Part shown: piece by piece, positions 35,312-48,260 of the stretch
Layout: every line of letters begins with the position of its first letter
How positions within the stretch are numbered: position 1 is the first letter of the stretch
From: Ylistrum balloti
Taxonomy: Eukaryota
Length of the DNA: 64,000 nt
Direction: 5' to 3'
NCBI RefSeq assembly: GCF_031769215.1
Contig: NW_026781955.1
Location: forward strand, 248,001 to 312,000
Notes under the pieces: model-generated
The model's input: the letters and a program-made list of their open reading frames with translations, nothing else
Told to the model about the DNA's origin: nothing
Database searches by the model: none
Made by a program: the position numbers and the translations under genes

Positions 35312-36551
35312 CGAGTCTCTATGGACCGAATGTGTTAATAATGCTGGATGATTTTTCTGATAATCCTAAAAAACAAAGAGTACATTGTTAGAGTACAGAT
35401 TGTATATATAATAGACCTTCTGATAGTTGTTGCAGTTGTTATACAAACTACAGTAATGCATGAATACTTGGAATACTTATCGGTTGAGTAAAGTTTAATG
35501 GTATTTTTTCATTGATAAAATTTTATGACAATTTACAAGGACATTGTTACTTAAGATATGATTGCACAGTGCAGTTATTGAGCAGTGCTAAAAACCTCCT
35601 GTTACAGATTCTTTATATGATAAGTGTTTAATCCCAGATGAGTAATGATGTCTGTGTTTGTGTTTATTGATAGGTAATGTCAATGTTGCTGTTTCTATTG
35701 TTATAATGATGTTGTCATGGACACATTAAAATTTGCATATTTAAGAATGGTAACATTTTATTTTTACCCTCCACCCATAAAATTTGGAAAATTGCCAATT
35801 TTCTCCATTTCCATATTTTTTTTTTCTGAAACTTTAATTATTTTTAGAAAATTAGTGTGTGCGTCAATTTTGTGTTCTATAAATGTAATTTACAATGACC
35901 TTTATTACTTAGTAATGAAGCCAGCCTCACTTATTCATTATTGCTGGAGCACAATCTAAAGAAAATAACTTTATCCTGCAACTAGCACTGCCATTGTCAG
36001 AATACACCTTACACATATATTTTACTGTATTCGGCAGGGACAGAAAACAACTGTATTAAAGCATGTGCATTAATTTGACAGAATTACTTTCTGAATTTAC
36101 TTGGAAATTACATTTAACAATATAACTGTGAAAAGAAGCGATTTTATATGTTGTAATTAACAGTTAATTTACCAAAATTCATAAAATCACTGTTATATCT
36201 GAGGATATGGGTTTTCCCTTGTTTATATCAGATTAACCAACTGGAAAAGAATCTATAAACAATGTTTTGTTGCTGGCTTGACTTTTGGTTTTTCAACCAA
36301 ACCTTTGTGAAAGTTTCCTTCTTCCATTCTTATTATTACGAAATCAAGGTTACAACCTGTTTACGATACTGAATATTCCAGGAGTGGAATTGATGTACTG
36401 TACATTTTGAAGAACCGAGAAGAGCTTAAATTACAAGAAAGAAATACCAACATGTTGACAAAATCTTTTATTCTAACTCAAATTTGATTAAACTAGAGCA
36501 AAATATGAACACTAGAAAGATGTTCACAGAGAAAAAAAAATACAAGAATAC

Positions 36552-37420
36552 GACCAGGTGTTCCAGATGGGTGAGCGTCTACTGCTTTATCAACAACAAA
36601 CAACAACCTCCATGTACACTGTAAATCTTCATTGATCCCAGTAAATCAAAGTAAGAAATGTCCCATCCAAATCTGAGGAACCACATTATATATGCTTACA
36701 TACATCTTCTTATTGCATTAGGAAACTTCCTAATGAGATTTTGAATACTTTAAAGTGCTGTGTCGTGAGTTAAAGTCAGCTGTGAACAGCTTACTCAAAA
36801 ATCGTGATATTGGAAACAAGCCCTTAAAAATCGAACCAATGCGACATGAAAACAACATGTATAATTGAAATTACCTCTCTAATGCAGCTTGGTGGAAAGC
36901 TGTCCTTGTTGGTTGGAAGTGTCTGTCATTTCTGATATCCAAGTAAACATGGTGGGAATAGTCGATTAAGCAGAATACGCTTACTCTTCTGGAACACCAG
37001 ACCTTATTCTTGTACTTTTTCAGGAGTTTCTGTTTAAATCTTTCTTTTGTTCATATTTTGCCCACGTTTTATTGAATTTGAGGTAGGATTATGATAATGT
37101 TGCTATTAACTTGTCGTTTTTACTGGTGGATATAAATGATGTATAAAGAAAAGACATCATAAATATATCTAAAAGTTAAAGTGAGATTAAACGAATTGGC
37201 AAGGTCTTTGCGACCTGCTTTGATAAGCTCTTAGATAAATTCAGCCTCTTATGAAAACCAAAGTATGTAGGCCAAGATAGGGACACAGCTGGTTCCCAAT
37301 ACCAATAGCCTGTTTTTACCATCAATCTTGATAATTTGCTTCTAAAAATCTGTCTTCCATAGATGCGTTTGGTTTTTTGCACTTCAGACTACCTACCTCG
37401 TTCCTTTTTTTCACAAAAGT
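36552..37420 (-). mobile_element. Decayed Penelope-like element RT fragment and 3' tail
   Basis: Minus-strand KQAIGI/GTSCVPILAYILWFS*EAEFI*ELIKAGRKDLANSFNLT (37320-37185) matches the PLE RT pattern GIPMGTNCAPLLADLFLYSYEAEF. Downstream is CFQYHDF...NLIRKF (about 36830-36720). A 34-bp inverted pair lies at 36552-36585 and 36970-37003. Confidence 0.65.
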
Positions 37421-38689
37421 CGTGAATCAAACAATATGAGAAATGAAAGAAGATGGATATCGTGCATAGATGTAAAAAACAAAAGCTATCTGCCGTAAAC
37501 TGATAACTAACATAAATTTCATATTTGGGAAAGGAACTTTTGAAAGTGCGAGCGTCAAATATTTACCCATGCTTGTTTGGTTATCTCAACATTTGATCAT
37601 CAAATATTCTACAATAAAATTTCTAACAAAGAATAGTCATTGCCTGAATAAAATGTTACGTTAACAACTTCTTTTCAACAGTCATTCATGCTTATATAAG
37701 CAACTAAAAGTAGGCTAGGTTTTACATATAAAATAAATGTCCACGATTAAATAATTTCATATATAAAGTTTACCTCAGAAAGTTTTAAATCGCTGTTAAA
37801 TTTTGGATTGTTTTAATTCAGGGTAGACGCTGTTTAATTAGTCTAATATATTTGCGTTTCCGCGAGTTCGACATGAACGGTATAAAATGTTTTTATTACA
37901 AAGGATTATCTATGTTATAAATGGCCGTGGAAATATACAACTGAACAAATAGAGACATTATCAGATATTTTTAACAATTCTCAAGTTATTTGCATACCTC
38001 TGGAAATCAACAGTGTCAATTTCTTTATCGTCTTAACCTGATATAATTTAAGTAAAAGGTTAATAAAACCAAGAGTACAAAGTCATTCAATTTTGTGTTA
38101 AGTTGATGATGTAATTTATTGACCATTTTCCATCGTTTATGTCATCCGATATTGGAAATTGAGAACGCGGTAGACTCTTTTAAATCAGAAACTTTTCATA
38201 CAACGAAACTCGTTTTTTTCCATGGGTAGAAAAGCATCTTCTGAAAATATATGTGTATACAATGTTTGGGACATTTAGTCTGAGACTAATCAAAGAATTG
38301 TACAATGTGCATGTTTTGAAATCTTCTATATTTTTCTAATTTCTTTTATTTAAAAAGTAATAATTAATACACACGATAACAGAATATTACAACAAATAGA
38401 TTTTAAATACATATATACAATAGCTAAAGTTAATAAGTTAGGAAATATTGAATAGTTGTCTGTAAGTCTCAATAATTACATTTTCTAAATATCAACATAA
38501 TTTTTATTCAGTCTCAATATTGAAGAAAACGGGTGTAAATTGTCATTAAGAACGTTTGATTTGTCCACTCTGTACACTACCACACTCCTTTCCAAACCGA
38601 GGAATGCATTTGTGTTCTTGATATGAGAGCATTCTTTTCAAAGAAAGATGAACGGGTATACAGATATAAAGGTGTGAAATATGAAGGAT

Positions 38690-39090
38690 TTTTTGTGGAA
38701 AATGTGTACAAATCAAAGAAAATATACGAAAGAAGAAAGATCTTCCAACAGACTATTTACATGTGGGAACAAGCTGTACTCCTCGTTTGGCTGACTTGCT
38801 CGAAGTTCATGTCAAAACAGGTCACAAAGACCCTGAGGAATCCCTTTATTTCATTTTCAGATATTTTGATGATGTCTTGTCTGTGATAAATAAGATATTT
38901 AATAATTACTATTTCCAACTTATAAACTCACCTGAATTTGAGATCAAGGACACGATAGACTCTTCTACATAAGCCGCTTAACTTGATCTTTTCCTAAAAT
39001 GAAATCAGCAGGAACAGTTTTTACTAAGCTGTATAAGCGTGATGACTTCTATTTCCATTCTCCATGTCCGCAGAGCACAACCTCTTTATT
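38690..39090 (+). mobile_element. Decayed Penelope-like element RT fragment
   Basis: KIFQQTI / MGTSCTPRLADLL ... FRYFDDVLS ... EFEIKDTIDSST*AA.LDL ... TKLYKRDDFYF. These are the PLE RT core motifs (YIDD-like, KRDDFNF). Confidence 0.75.
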
Positions 39091-39129
39091 TCCTGCTTGG
39101 TGTGAGTGGAAGAGTGACCTTGTTCGAAA

Positions 39130-39425
39130 TATAATCCTCGTGAAATTATACACGACCTGGACAAACGCGAAATATTATTCCCGTTATAAATATACAGGAC
39201 CTTGAAAAACGCGAATTTACTCCCCGTGAAATTATACACGACCTGGACAAACGCGAAATATTATCCCCGTCATAAATTTACTCCCCATGAAATTATACAC
39301 GACCTGGACAAACGCGAAATATTCCCGTCATAAATATACAGGTCCTTGAAAAATGCGAATTTACTCCCCGTGAAATTATACGACCTGGACAAACGCGAAA
39401 TATAATCTCCGTGATAAATATACAA
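39130..39425. repeat. Dimeric (about 84 bp; two related 41-43-bp subunits) tandem repeat
   Basis: Subunit A cccgtgaaattatacacgacctggacaaacgcgaaatattat alternates with subunit B cccgt(t/c)ataaatatacagg(a/t)ccttgaaaaa(c/t)gcgaatttact. Confidence 0.85.
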
Positions 39426-40553
39426 TCGTTATAATGTAGCTATATATAGCTATTTCTGAAGAGAAGAAGACTATGTTTGTTCTGCTGATTTTTAAGGAAG
39501 AGAAAGATTCGTATAAAGCTACCTAAAAGTCTTTCAAGAGAGAATATCAGAAATCCATTTTATTTTTTTTAAGAACCAGTCTGTTATTTACTATAAAGAT
39601 TATCAATAATTATTGGATACAAATCTGTTCAAATAGCTTATTTTTAACTTTTACTTGTCACATTTAGTATAAAATAATTCATCAGTAAAAGCAACCGTGT
39701 GGTCTGCATGCATGTAGCTTTGCCAATGTTGCGTCGATCCTGTCGGGTATACAGAAAAAAAGTAATATCTTTTTTATCAATCAATATCACAGGAATTTAT
39801 TTAATTCATTTTGTTATCAATCAAGAGATCCAAAGAACACAACGTTAGATAGTTTCACGGTTGAATGACAAGCACGAAATTAATAATGAGAGATGTAAAA
39901 TTAAATTGTTATTGAGAATATGTGTCGATTTTGAAATTCGTTACGGTCATATCATCTATAAACCTTGCAAACTTCCGCACAAGTATTGCTCAACGACGGA
40001 TCCATTGTGTTTCAGTCAGTTCATTGGTTTTCTGTTTTGATATTTTTATATAAAAATAAAGTTGGAAAAAAGTTTTAACCTTAATTTGTTATCGTCCAGA
40101 ATAGAAATGCTATCAATTCACGAAATTTTTCATAAACGTCTTCTCTTGCTTGTCAGGTATTATTTAAAAACTTTCTAACAATGCTTGGAAGTAACATCCA
40201 ATAAGGAGCGGAATGGATGAGCTATCAACCGTCTCCCGGACTGCCGGAAGTGGAAGAGCACTAAAGGAAGAAAAACACAACGTGATAACAGGGCAGTTGA
40301 TAAATTAACTATCATTAAAACATCCTTAGTCTCTGTTAAAAGATAATATCGTTTTTAACAAATATTTACGCTTGTAAACTACCGTAATATTCTTGTTACC
40401 GTTCTTCGTTTGTATCTCACAGAATACAAGTGTCTAGATATCTCTAAATATTGGAACAACTGTTCAAAAGTGTATCTATATGAAGTATTCTGATGCACAG
40501 CCTCTTTACAACACTAAATGACTTAATAGATCGCGGATTTATTTTGTAATCGT

Positions 40554-41834
40554 TTATGTAATAGAGATAAAAAACCACATTGCCAAAACTACAGCGACTG
40601 TAGAGAAGAAGCAGAAACAGAATCTGTCCAGAGCCGAAGAAAAGTCGACCCAGGTAAATATTTCATCAACCTTGGCTTCATATTCACAACTTTCCGTAAA
40701 CTTCTCCTTCGCTATGTAGACTGGTGGTAATTGAGCATTGTTATCCGACTTCCTGCTCATGGGGGTTATTTTCTGTGTATCTTTAACCCTGTTTTTTGCC
40801 GCATTGCTTCCACAACAGAAACTTACTCTCTTAGTGATTCTGATGAATCGTTGGATGCGCGGAGACACGTCCATGTTTTGGGGCCGATCATGAATTCGGA
40901 CCTGGACAGCGGTCAGTATGACGATTGAAGTCCCCTTGATGACTAGGATAATGAGATACACGGCCAAATAGGATGTGGTGCGAGAGTTGACGGGTAAAGA
41001 AGAACTGAATATGGTCAGCAAAACGGCAAACGCCAGATAAACTGTCATACTGTATCCCATTTTCTCTCCACTATTAACAGGAATGATGAAAGTAAATATA
41101 CTCAAGACAGAAAGTAAGATGATTGGACATATTAGGGTAAGCATGTAATGTTGGGGGCGTCGGTCCAGTGTTAAGAGGATGATCGCGTGTCCTAATACGA
41201 GTTCTATTGTGGCGGAGCGGAGTTCCCACACACCATTGGCTTCGTAAGACAACAGATTTATGGCGGGGTCCCTTAATACGAATTTCAAGTCTTGTGATTC
41301 TGTTGTCCACATTCTGAATACCAGTTTGCAAACTTGTGTATCAAATGGGAATTTTGTTATATCAATCTCGCACATGGTTTCGAGTACTTCGAACGGTTTC
41401 CATTTTGTTACACCGGAAGACCGTATTTTCACCAAAATGACGTCATCGCCAAGTTCTTTTAATTTTGTAAAGCCATTTTGAAGAGAGATGTCCGGTTTCC
41501 ACACATCGTTCTGGGGCATGTAAAAGTAAGAGATGTTACTAAAGTCAGCCTCCTCCCACGACATAAACGTGTTATTCCATTCCAACGTCAGGTGTGCGAT
41601 AGTTGTTAGTTTTTCCTCAATCTCTTCTAGACTAATGAGTCCATGAAGAGAGAATGAAAAAAATATAGGTAGCGGCCTGTTTTTGTTAACGCGGGGTAGA
41701 ATGGACTTCTGGTAGGAACGCTTGTTAAATATCTCGTTATGTAACTTTTTGTAGTCCGATCCAATTTGGGCAAGACTGACCTCTGCCAAGGATACAAGTA
41801 CCAACTGAACAATCACTGTCCGTTTGCTGATCAT
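40554..41834 (-). CDS. Divergent nAChR-like Cys-loop receptor subunit, A-type (A1), single coding exon, 426 aa
   Basis: First ATG at 41834 (the ORF track starts at an upstream TTG). Signal peptide, WKPDISLQN, Cys-loop CEIDITKFPFDTQVC, RRP, M1-M4, and PVNSGEKMG filter. No vicinal CC. Confidence 0.93.
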   Translation of the reverse strand: MISKRTVIVQLVLVSLAEVSLAQIGSDYKKLHNEIFNKRSYQKSILPRVNKNRPLPIFFSFSLHGLISLEEIEEKLTTIAHLTLEWNNTFMSWEEADFSNISYFYMPQNDVWKPDISLQNGFTKLKELGDDVILVKIRSSGVTKWKPFEVLETMCEIDITKFPFDTQVCKLVFRMWTTESQDLKFVLRDPAINLLSYEANGVWELRSATIELVLGHAIILLTLDRRPQHYMLTLICPIILLSVLSIFTFIIPVNSGEKMGYSMTVYLAFAVLLTIFSSSLPVNSRTTSYLAVYLIILVIKGTSIVILTAVQVRIHDRPQNMDVSPRIQRFIRITKRVSFCCGSNAAKNRVKDTQKITPMSRKSDNNAQLPPVYIAKEKFTESCEYEAKVDEIFTWVDFSSALDRFCFCFFSTVAVVLAMWFFISIT

Positions 41835-41968
41835 GGTTGAAATGCTCAAGACGAGTCAATGGTACAGTGGTGACTCTGTTACCTCCTGTCATGTGTTAAT
41901 ACCCTATGTTGGAATTTGATATCCCAGTTATTCAGGATTCTTGTTGTCATGTAAACTAAGGCTGATGC

Positions 41969-41976
41969 CTTTTATA
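41969..41976 (-). promoter_or_regulatory. Candidate TATA box of A1
   Basis: TATAAAAG on the minus strand, 135 bp upstream of the ATG. The homologous site upstream of pseudo-A2 (about 50165) reads GATAAAAG. Confidence 0.35.
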
Positions 41977-43169
41977 TCTGAATAAATTTTAAACTAATTC
42001 ATTTTCGTTGTTTCTTACAATCATCTGTTCAGAGAGGTACACTTTTACTACAATGAAGCAATGCATACGAACATTCACTGATCAGAGTTTTAGCTATTGA
42101 CTTAATATTCGTTTTGCAAATTGAAGTATATCTGTTGAGACAGAGTTTGTATTTTGCATATGATCGGTTTCATTAATTGTTTGATTGCGTAGTGATCGTA
42201 AGTGATAAGAACTTTTGAAATTACACAGATGTACTATTGTGAACCTCAGTGCGTTTAGATGAAATCGTGTACCCAGGAGACCATCACCAGTTGATTGTCT
42301 GTTTCACTGAAACCTTTTGTATCAGAAATTACATTTGATCATCAGTTATGAAACCAACTGATATCAGATGATTGGCAGGTTTATTTCTCATGATGGATTA
42401 TTGTATAAACAAGCAGGGTACATCGGTCTGATAAAATCGGAATTTCGACCCAGAGTGATGAAACGTAGTCTAAATACAGAGAAAAAATATTTACATAAAA
42501 ATACCACAAATACAATCAAATCAATTGTTCCGGAAGAGTTGGCGTCTTTGCTTCAATGAATACATCAACTGGGTAAATATGAAAATCTCCGACAAATCGA
42601 GGGACCATATTTCAGTCGATAGCACGTTGATCTAAGCAACATCGTGTGGAGACCCGTGGTGTATTGTTCGACTCTCTCTATCACAAATTAAATATTTAAA
42701 TAAAAACAATTATTGGACACCACAAGCTTAATAACCATTTGTCTTGGTATATATTTTGTACGATTTGGTTTATCACATTGTCTAGATACTTTTGGAAGCG
42801 TTCGTGAAAGCGGTTTTTTATGAGAATGATAAAAAAATCTAAATTTGCGATAATCCCCCGCTGTATTGCGGGCTTTAATGATGTCACAAAACCATGAAGC
42901 AATGATGTTACAACTGAAACAACCTTCAACCAATCATAGCTCTGCTAGGTCATATCACATGGTATGTGTCACAAAAATATCCCACGTGATAAGCATGGAA
43001 TTTCTGTGATAAGTTTAAATTCCTCTGACGACTAAGGGGGAATGATTAAAGCATGCGCATTTTTTAAGAATTCAAGAGACCTTTACACAATTCGAAAAGT
43101 AGATTTTTTTTCAACATAATGTTTAACTGAATAATACTTACAAGAATAGTTTTAAGGGAAGCTAAAACT

Positions 43170-43900
43170 GAACAAGTGAAAGAACTGAAATCCGTAAATA
43201 CTAGGATAAGTCTGGTATCTGATTGTTTCAGTACTGAATTCTACATTTCCTAAAGGACATGGATGTTTTTCTACCACGTGTCCTTTGTCTGTAATTCAAA
43301 AGAATTATTTCTTGTATTCCAAAGGAGAAGGCAAAACTGGCAACCTATTTCTTTATTAAATGTCCACTACAAGATATCCACTTTAGTTTAAGTAACAGAA
43401 TTATAAATATGCTGCCGAATATTCGAAATAGAACACAATCAGGTTTTATAAAAGGCTGGTTCCTTAGCATCACTGACTAGTTCTAGAAGGACAAAACAGT
43501 TGTATCATGTTAACTCTATTGTTTAACGTTAATGTTATAAAGTTACTAAAGTGTGCTATTCACTCGTGTGTCTTTATTACAATCTTCTAATACTAACACT
43601 GGGCGCCTCTGGAGGACATTATGACATTATTAGAAAAAAAATATTGTTTATCCTCGAATGAATTGACATTTGACTCAAAGGAGCGGAGTTTCATTAGTAA
43701 AGTTTTAACATCTTTTTAATTGTTGAAGTTTTGTTTTAAATCCAAAAGAGGTTTACTTAGCAGTGGTGTCTTATCAATTAGGTCGAGGTTGTCGTCAAGG
43801 TGACCCATTGCTACCATACATCTTTACAATTGGAGCGAAACTTTTATTCTTATCATTGAAATCTAATAACAAAATTGTCAAATTGGTCAATATATTGACA
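43170..43900 (+). mobile_element. Decayed L1/Tx1-clade LINE RT fragment
   Basis: SDCFSTEFY, SCIPK, NWQPISLLNVHYKIS, GFIKG, FDSKERSFISKVL and GRGCRQGDPLLPYIF appear in the expected order with frameshifts. Confidence 0.75.
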
Positions 43901-45936
43901 GTGCTTAATATCTTATACTTGATAGCAACATTCATAAATGTACAAACTTATGCATGGACTTTCACCAAAATACTAACAAAATGTTATTAATCTCGTTGTC
44001 AATAACTAAAATGATAACCTATTTTTCTCAGATCACCTAGGCCTTTTGATACGCCATTATGCACAACCAATAATTAATTCTACAGTTTTCTCTCAAATGA
44101 GTCTCACAACTAACACTGTTAATTCTGATTTTCTTAATTCCCCTCCTGCAGTATCTAACAGATATTGAATAAAGATAGAATGTATAGTGAAACTGTGTTG
44201 TCTCTGTTATTGAATCAGAGGGTAACAGAAGTGCTAATGCTGTTCTACGTGTATGTATATAATGAATGTACCTGTACATGTACATTCATGTGTGTGTGTG
44301 AATGTGTATGAGCTGTTATCATCACGAGTTACTTCCTTTAAACATTGTTAAATCTTAGTCAGAATTATCTGAAATCATGTCATATAACTGATTATCTATT
44401 AATAATTTAATTGATTATCCATTAACCCTTCATTGTTAGTCCTACTTTGACTTTTGATGGAGATAATTTATGTAGGCAGCCTGTAATTCGATCCAATTGA
44501 CTATGCAATCTCAAAATAGACTTTGATGAAATAAACTAGTCACTCACTGCAGTTTATTTATTGGAAGGTTTTAACCTAGTGTCTGGACTAATGGTAAAGT
44601 TTCACAATAGTTTACTCTGTACTGCATGGGAAATACAAAAATTACAAATGAAAGATTGTGCTATGATTTGAAGATAACATGATAAAATGCAAACTTCAAA
44701 AATGGATCATATCATTTTGGAAGTAACCTATAGTAGAGTCGTGAACTCTTACAATACTGGATAACTAACATTAATTGGGCATGTTACAATTATGAAAAAA
44801 ATATTGTATACCAGATCGGTGCATCTGTTTTCCACCTTTCCAAAGCTTTATGGAATATATTGAAACAAGTTAAAACCAAGGAAGTTTGAAAATATATTAA
44901 CATCCTTTTTGAGATATCTGATTAAAGCTTTGTTAGAAAGCCAAAGTGGGTCAGATACGTTGTCGGAAGATGTATTGTAGAGCCAAGTAAATTCTGTGCC
45001 AGGTTGAAATGTAAAGCTATGTATCCTGTGGAAAACACTAAATGGTTTGGGTACAGTTGATGATCATTTCAATAATGGGATAGTTACATCTATATATAAG
45101 TATATATAAGTCTATTGAAATGGAAATCTTATAGAAATAGACGACAATTTTAACAATTAGATATACAGTAAAAAACGTACATACTTTACTATATAGAATT
45201 AGTCATAAAACTCATTCTTCATATTGATAGAAAAATAAAACTTAATTGAGGAATACATAGACATTGTACCTTTCCATGGGCAGTGGAAATTCTAATCGGC
45301 TTTTCGGAATCCTGACGAACCCGAGAAGGACAAAACATCCGTATACGACTGTTTAATTCAGTTTTTAGGTTTATTGTCTGATAGTGTACAAATGATCAAA
45401 AATTAAAACTGTAATCAAATGAAAATGAAATAAAAAATACTGAATACTGCATAACCGTCGTCTTAACATTATCAACAAGACGCATTGCATTCTAATAGTT
45501 GCCATTTGATTTCTGATATTGATTATTCTTCTTATGTGTGACAAAAATATCTAAGATAGTTTTCACTATTGGTATGTAATAACGAAACGGTTTGATATTT
45601 TATATAATGTTTACTTGAAACTATCCCTTTGTCGTATGACTCAGGGTAAGGGTCTTCAATTACCCACTATGTCAAAGATCTTTTACAGTATCCATCTGTA
45701 GATTTTAGAGAAAAAAACACAAAATATTCAACGCAATCAATACTGTTTTCAAATGCTATACTCACACTATAAACATTCAAAATGAAGTTTTAAGCTCGAT
45801 TTAAACTTCTAATGTCACTACTTTCAGATGTCCAGATGTCTGAGTTTAAAGAGAACACCAGCTTATCACTACGCTATAAGCACTCTTTTGATTTTTTAAG
45901 CCATTTTGTCAGTAATTTCGTATATTGATGAATTGA

Positions 45937-47214
45937 TCATTGAAGTGCAGCGAAAAATACAATAGCCAAAATAATGTCAACGACACAGAAGAAACAGAAA
46001 AAGAAACCATCCAGAGCAGCACACGCGTTGGCCCATGTATACATATCGTTTTCGTCCCCCTCCTCGACACTTAGCTCCTCTAATGGTAGCTTGGATGAGT
46101 TTTTTTGCACTGCTGGGAGGTTTGGGGAAGAAAGGACGTCATTGTTAGATTTCTTTTTTGCATGTCCCTCCTTTGGTTTCACCCGTTTCGAAGAATATGC
46201 ACATATCTTCCTACTGATTCTGATAGCAAATCGCATGCTCCAAGGCAAACTCTTTTCCTTTGGTCGATGATGCAATCGAACTTGAGCGGCAGTTACCATA
46301 ACAATCACAGTTCCTTTAATCAGCAAGCTTATTACAAAAACAGCCAAGTAGGACGTAGTGCGGGAGTTGATAGGTAAAGACGAATTTACAATGGTAAGGA
46401 AAACGGCAAAGGCTAAATACGCGGTCATGCTGTACCCCATTTTCTCTCCACTATCGACAGGAATGACGAATGTGAAAATGTCCAGAAGAGACAGCAAGAT
46501 AATAGGACAGATAAGGGTAAGCAAATAATATTCGGGCCTTCGTTCTAGTGACAATAAGACAATGAAGTTGTCATTTTCTAGCAACGCTTTGGATGAGCTG
46601 ATGTCCCACTCACCGTTTTCCTTGTAAAAGGTTAGATTCAGTGCAGGTTCTGTTAACGCGAATCTCGCGTCCATTGGTTGTGATGTCCACATCCGAAATA
46701 CTATCCTGCAGATTTGTGTGTCAAATGGGAATTTAGTAATGTTTATATCACATTTGGTCTCGAAAACTTCAAACGGTCTCCACAAAATTTTTCCATTGTG
46801 CAATATCATCACCAGAATCACGTCGTCGCCGAGTTCTTTCAGTTTAGTGAATCCATTGTTTAATGAGACGTCTGGCTTCCACACTTCGTTCTGAGGCATG
46901 TAAACATAGGAAATATTATTGAAATCCCTTTTGTTCCAACTCAAAAACCCGTCTTCCCATTCTAGCCTCAAATAAGCAGTGGTTGTTAGTTTTCCCTCCA
47001 CCTCGTCCAGGTTGTTGATGCCATGCAGAAAGAAAGCAATATGTATTTTGGTGGGCTCTTTTGAACTCTCGAAAGGTGGGACGACTTTCTTGTAATTACG
47101 TTTGTCAAACAACTCATCGTATAAATTCTTGAGATCCATTCTTGTATGGGTAAGAACTATTTGAACCACAGATATCAGTGTAAGTAGAGCAAGTATTGTC
47201 CTCCTCCTTGCCAT
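45937..47214 (-). CDS. Divergent nAChR-like Cys-loop receptor subunit, B-type (B1), single coding exon, 425 aa
   Basis: Signal peptide, WKPDVSLNN, CDINITKFPFDTQIC, RRP, M1-M4 and PVDSGEKMG. No vicinal CC. Confidence 0.93.
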   Translation of the reverse strand: MARRRTILALLTLISVVQIVLTHTRMDLKNLYDELFDKRNYKKVVPPFESSKEPTKIHIAFFLHGINNLDEVEGKLTTTAYLRLEWEDGFLSWNKRDFNNISYVYMPQNEVWKPDVSLNNGFTKLKELGDDVILVMILHNGKILWRPFEVFETKCDINITKFPFDTQICRIVFRMWTSQPMDARFALTEPALNLTFYKENGEWDISSSKALLENDNFIVLLSLERRPEYYLLTLICPIILLSLLDIFTFVIPVDSGEKMGYSMTAYLAFAVFLTIVNSSLPINSRTTSYLAVFVISLLIKGTVIVMVTAAQVRLHHRPKEKSLPWSMRFAIRISRKICAYSSKRVKPKEGHAKKKSNNDVLSSPNLPAVQKNSSKLPLEELSVEEGDENDMYTWANACAALDGFFFCFFCVVDIILAIVFFAALQ

Positions 47215-47899
47215 CGTGATGATATTGACTGTATGAAACAGGTCTGTGAAGACAATAACAGCTAGATTTGTTTTTTTAAATTAGTGTGTTTTGCATCAAT
47301 GCTTTGCCATAAATTTTTATGTTCACACGCCCCGATGCTGTTACATGTATCGATTACATTACAAAGCAAGGTCAGGTGAACACCACACACTTTGTTTTCA
47401 TAAACCTGCATTATTCGTTACACTTGAAGACCTATACAACAATGCACTGAAGTAATAAACATAGTGTACAAGAGTCATTCTATTTCAATTAAAAACCAAT
47501 TTATTTATTTATTGAACTCTAGTTTCGATTTGATGATCAGTATGATAACAACTATGAACAATTATAGAAAGTGCACTAGAATAAAGTAAGGACTGCAATG
47601 TCCCATGACTGGAATAATGTGACGTATATAACGTACATGACGTTTGTGACGTTAGGCTATCAGATAAATTGTACTGCTCTTTGGAATTTACATGGAAATA
47701 TTATCATTGATGTAGAACAATTGTCCCAGGGGACTGTCGCTATTGTTTTATATGTTTGTTGATGTTGATGAGAAATCGTAACATGGAAATAACAATTATG
47801 ACAATATCTCTAAATGTTTTTACCAAGGGAACGCCATTTAAAGGATTTGTGGCATGGCGACACACGATCGATTTTCCATTTTTTGGTTTTCAGTTTAAA

Positions 47900-48260
47900 T
47901 TAAATAATGAATCTAAAGTACACAGTGAAACATTTATTTTTCTTGAAAAAGATGACATATGCGATTGCAGTGCCACCTGCAAGAGATTTCCTGACATTCT
48001 TATAACCGTACTGCACTAAATATTCGAAAGCTAACACAGGGAATTCAAGGGAAGATTCTTCAATCTTAGTCCTTCGACCTCTTAGACAGTTCAGACTCGT
48101 TTCGTACACGTTTTGCTAAATCATTTCCTGTATTTAGCCACAACTTCATTCTACCAACGGAAACTTCTTTTTGGGATCTGATGAAGAGAACACGGGCCCA
48201 CATAAGCAATTAACGTTTGCCAAAACAATTTTAAGCAAACAGCTGATATTACATAAAATA
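47900..48260 (-). mobile_element. Possible heavily decayed CR1/L2-type LINE fragment
   Basis: Minus-strand pieces GP..IP, SGNL..RW..AYVIFFKKNK..YFRFI loosely resemble the pre-RT region (GPDxIP...WKxANVxPIFKKG..NYRPISL). Confidence 0.25.

Noticed and set aside
40244-40252. ETS-type site CCGGAAGTG
   Set aside because: Single isolated motif 300 bp downstream of the A1 stop, with no associated gene start.
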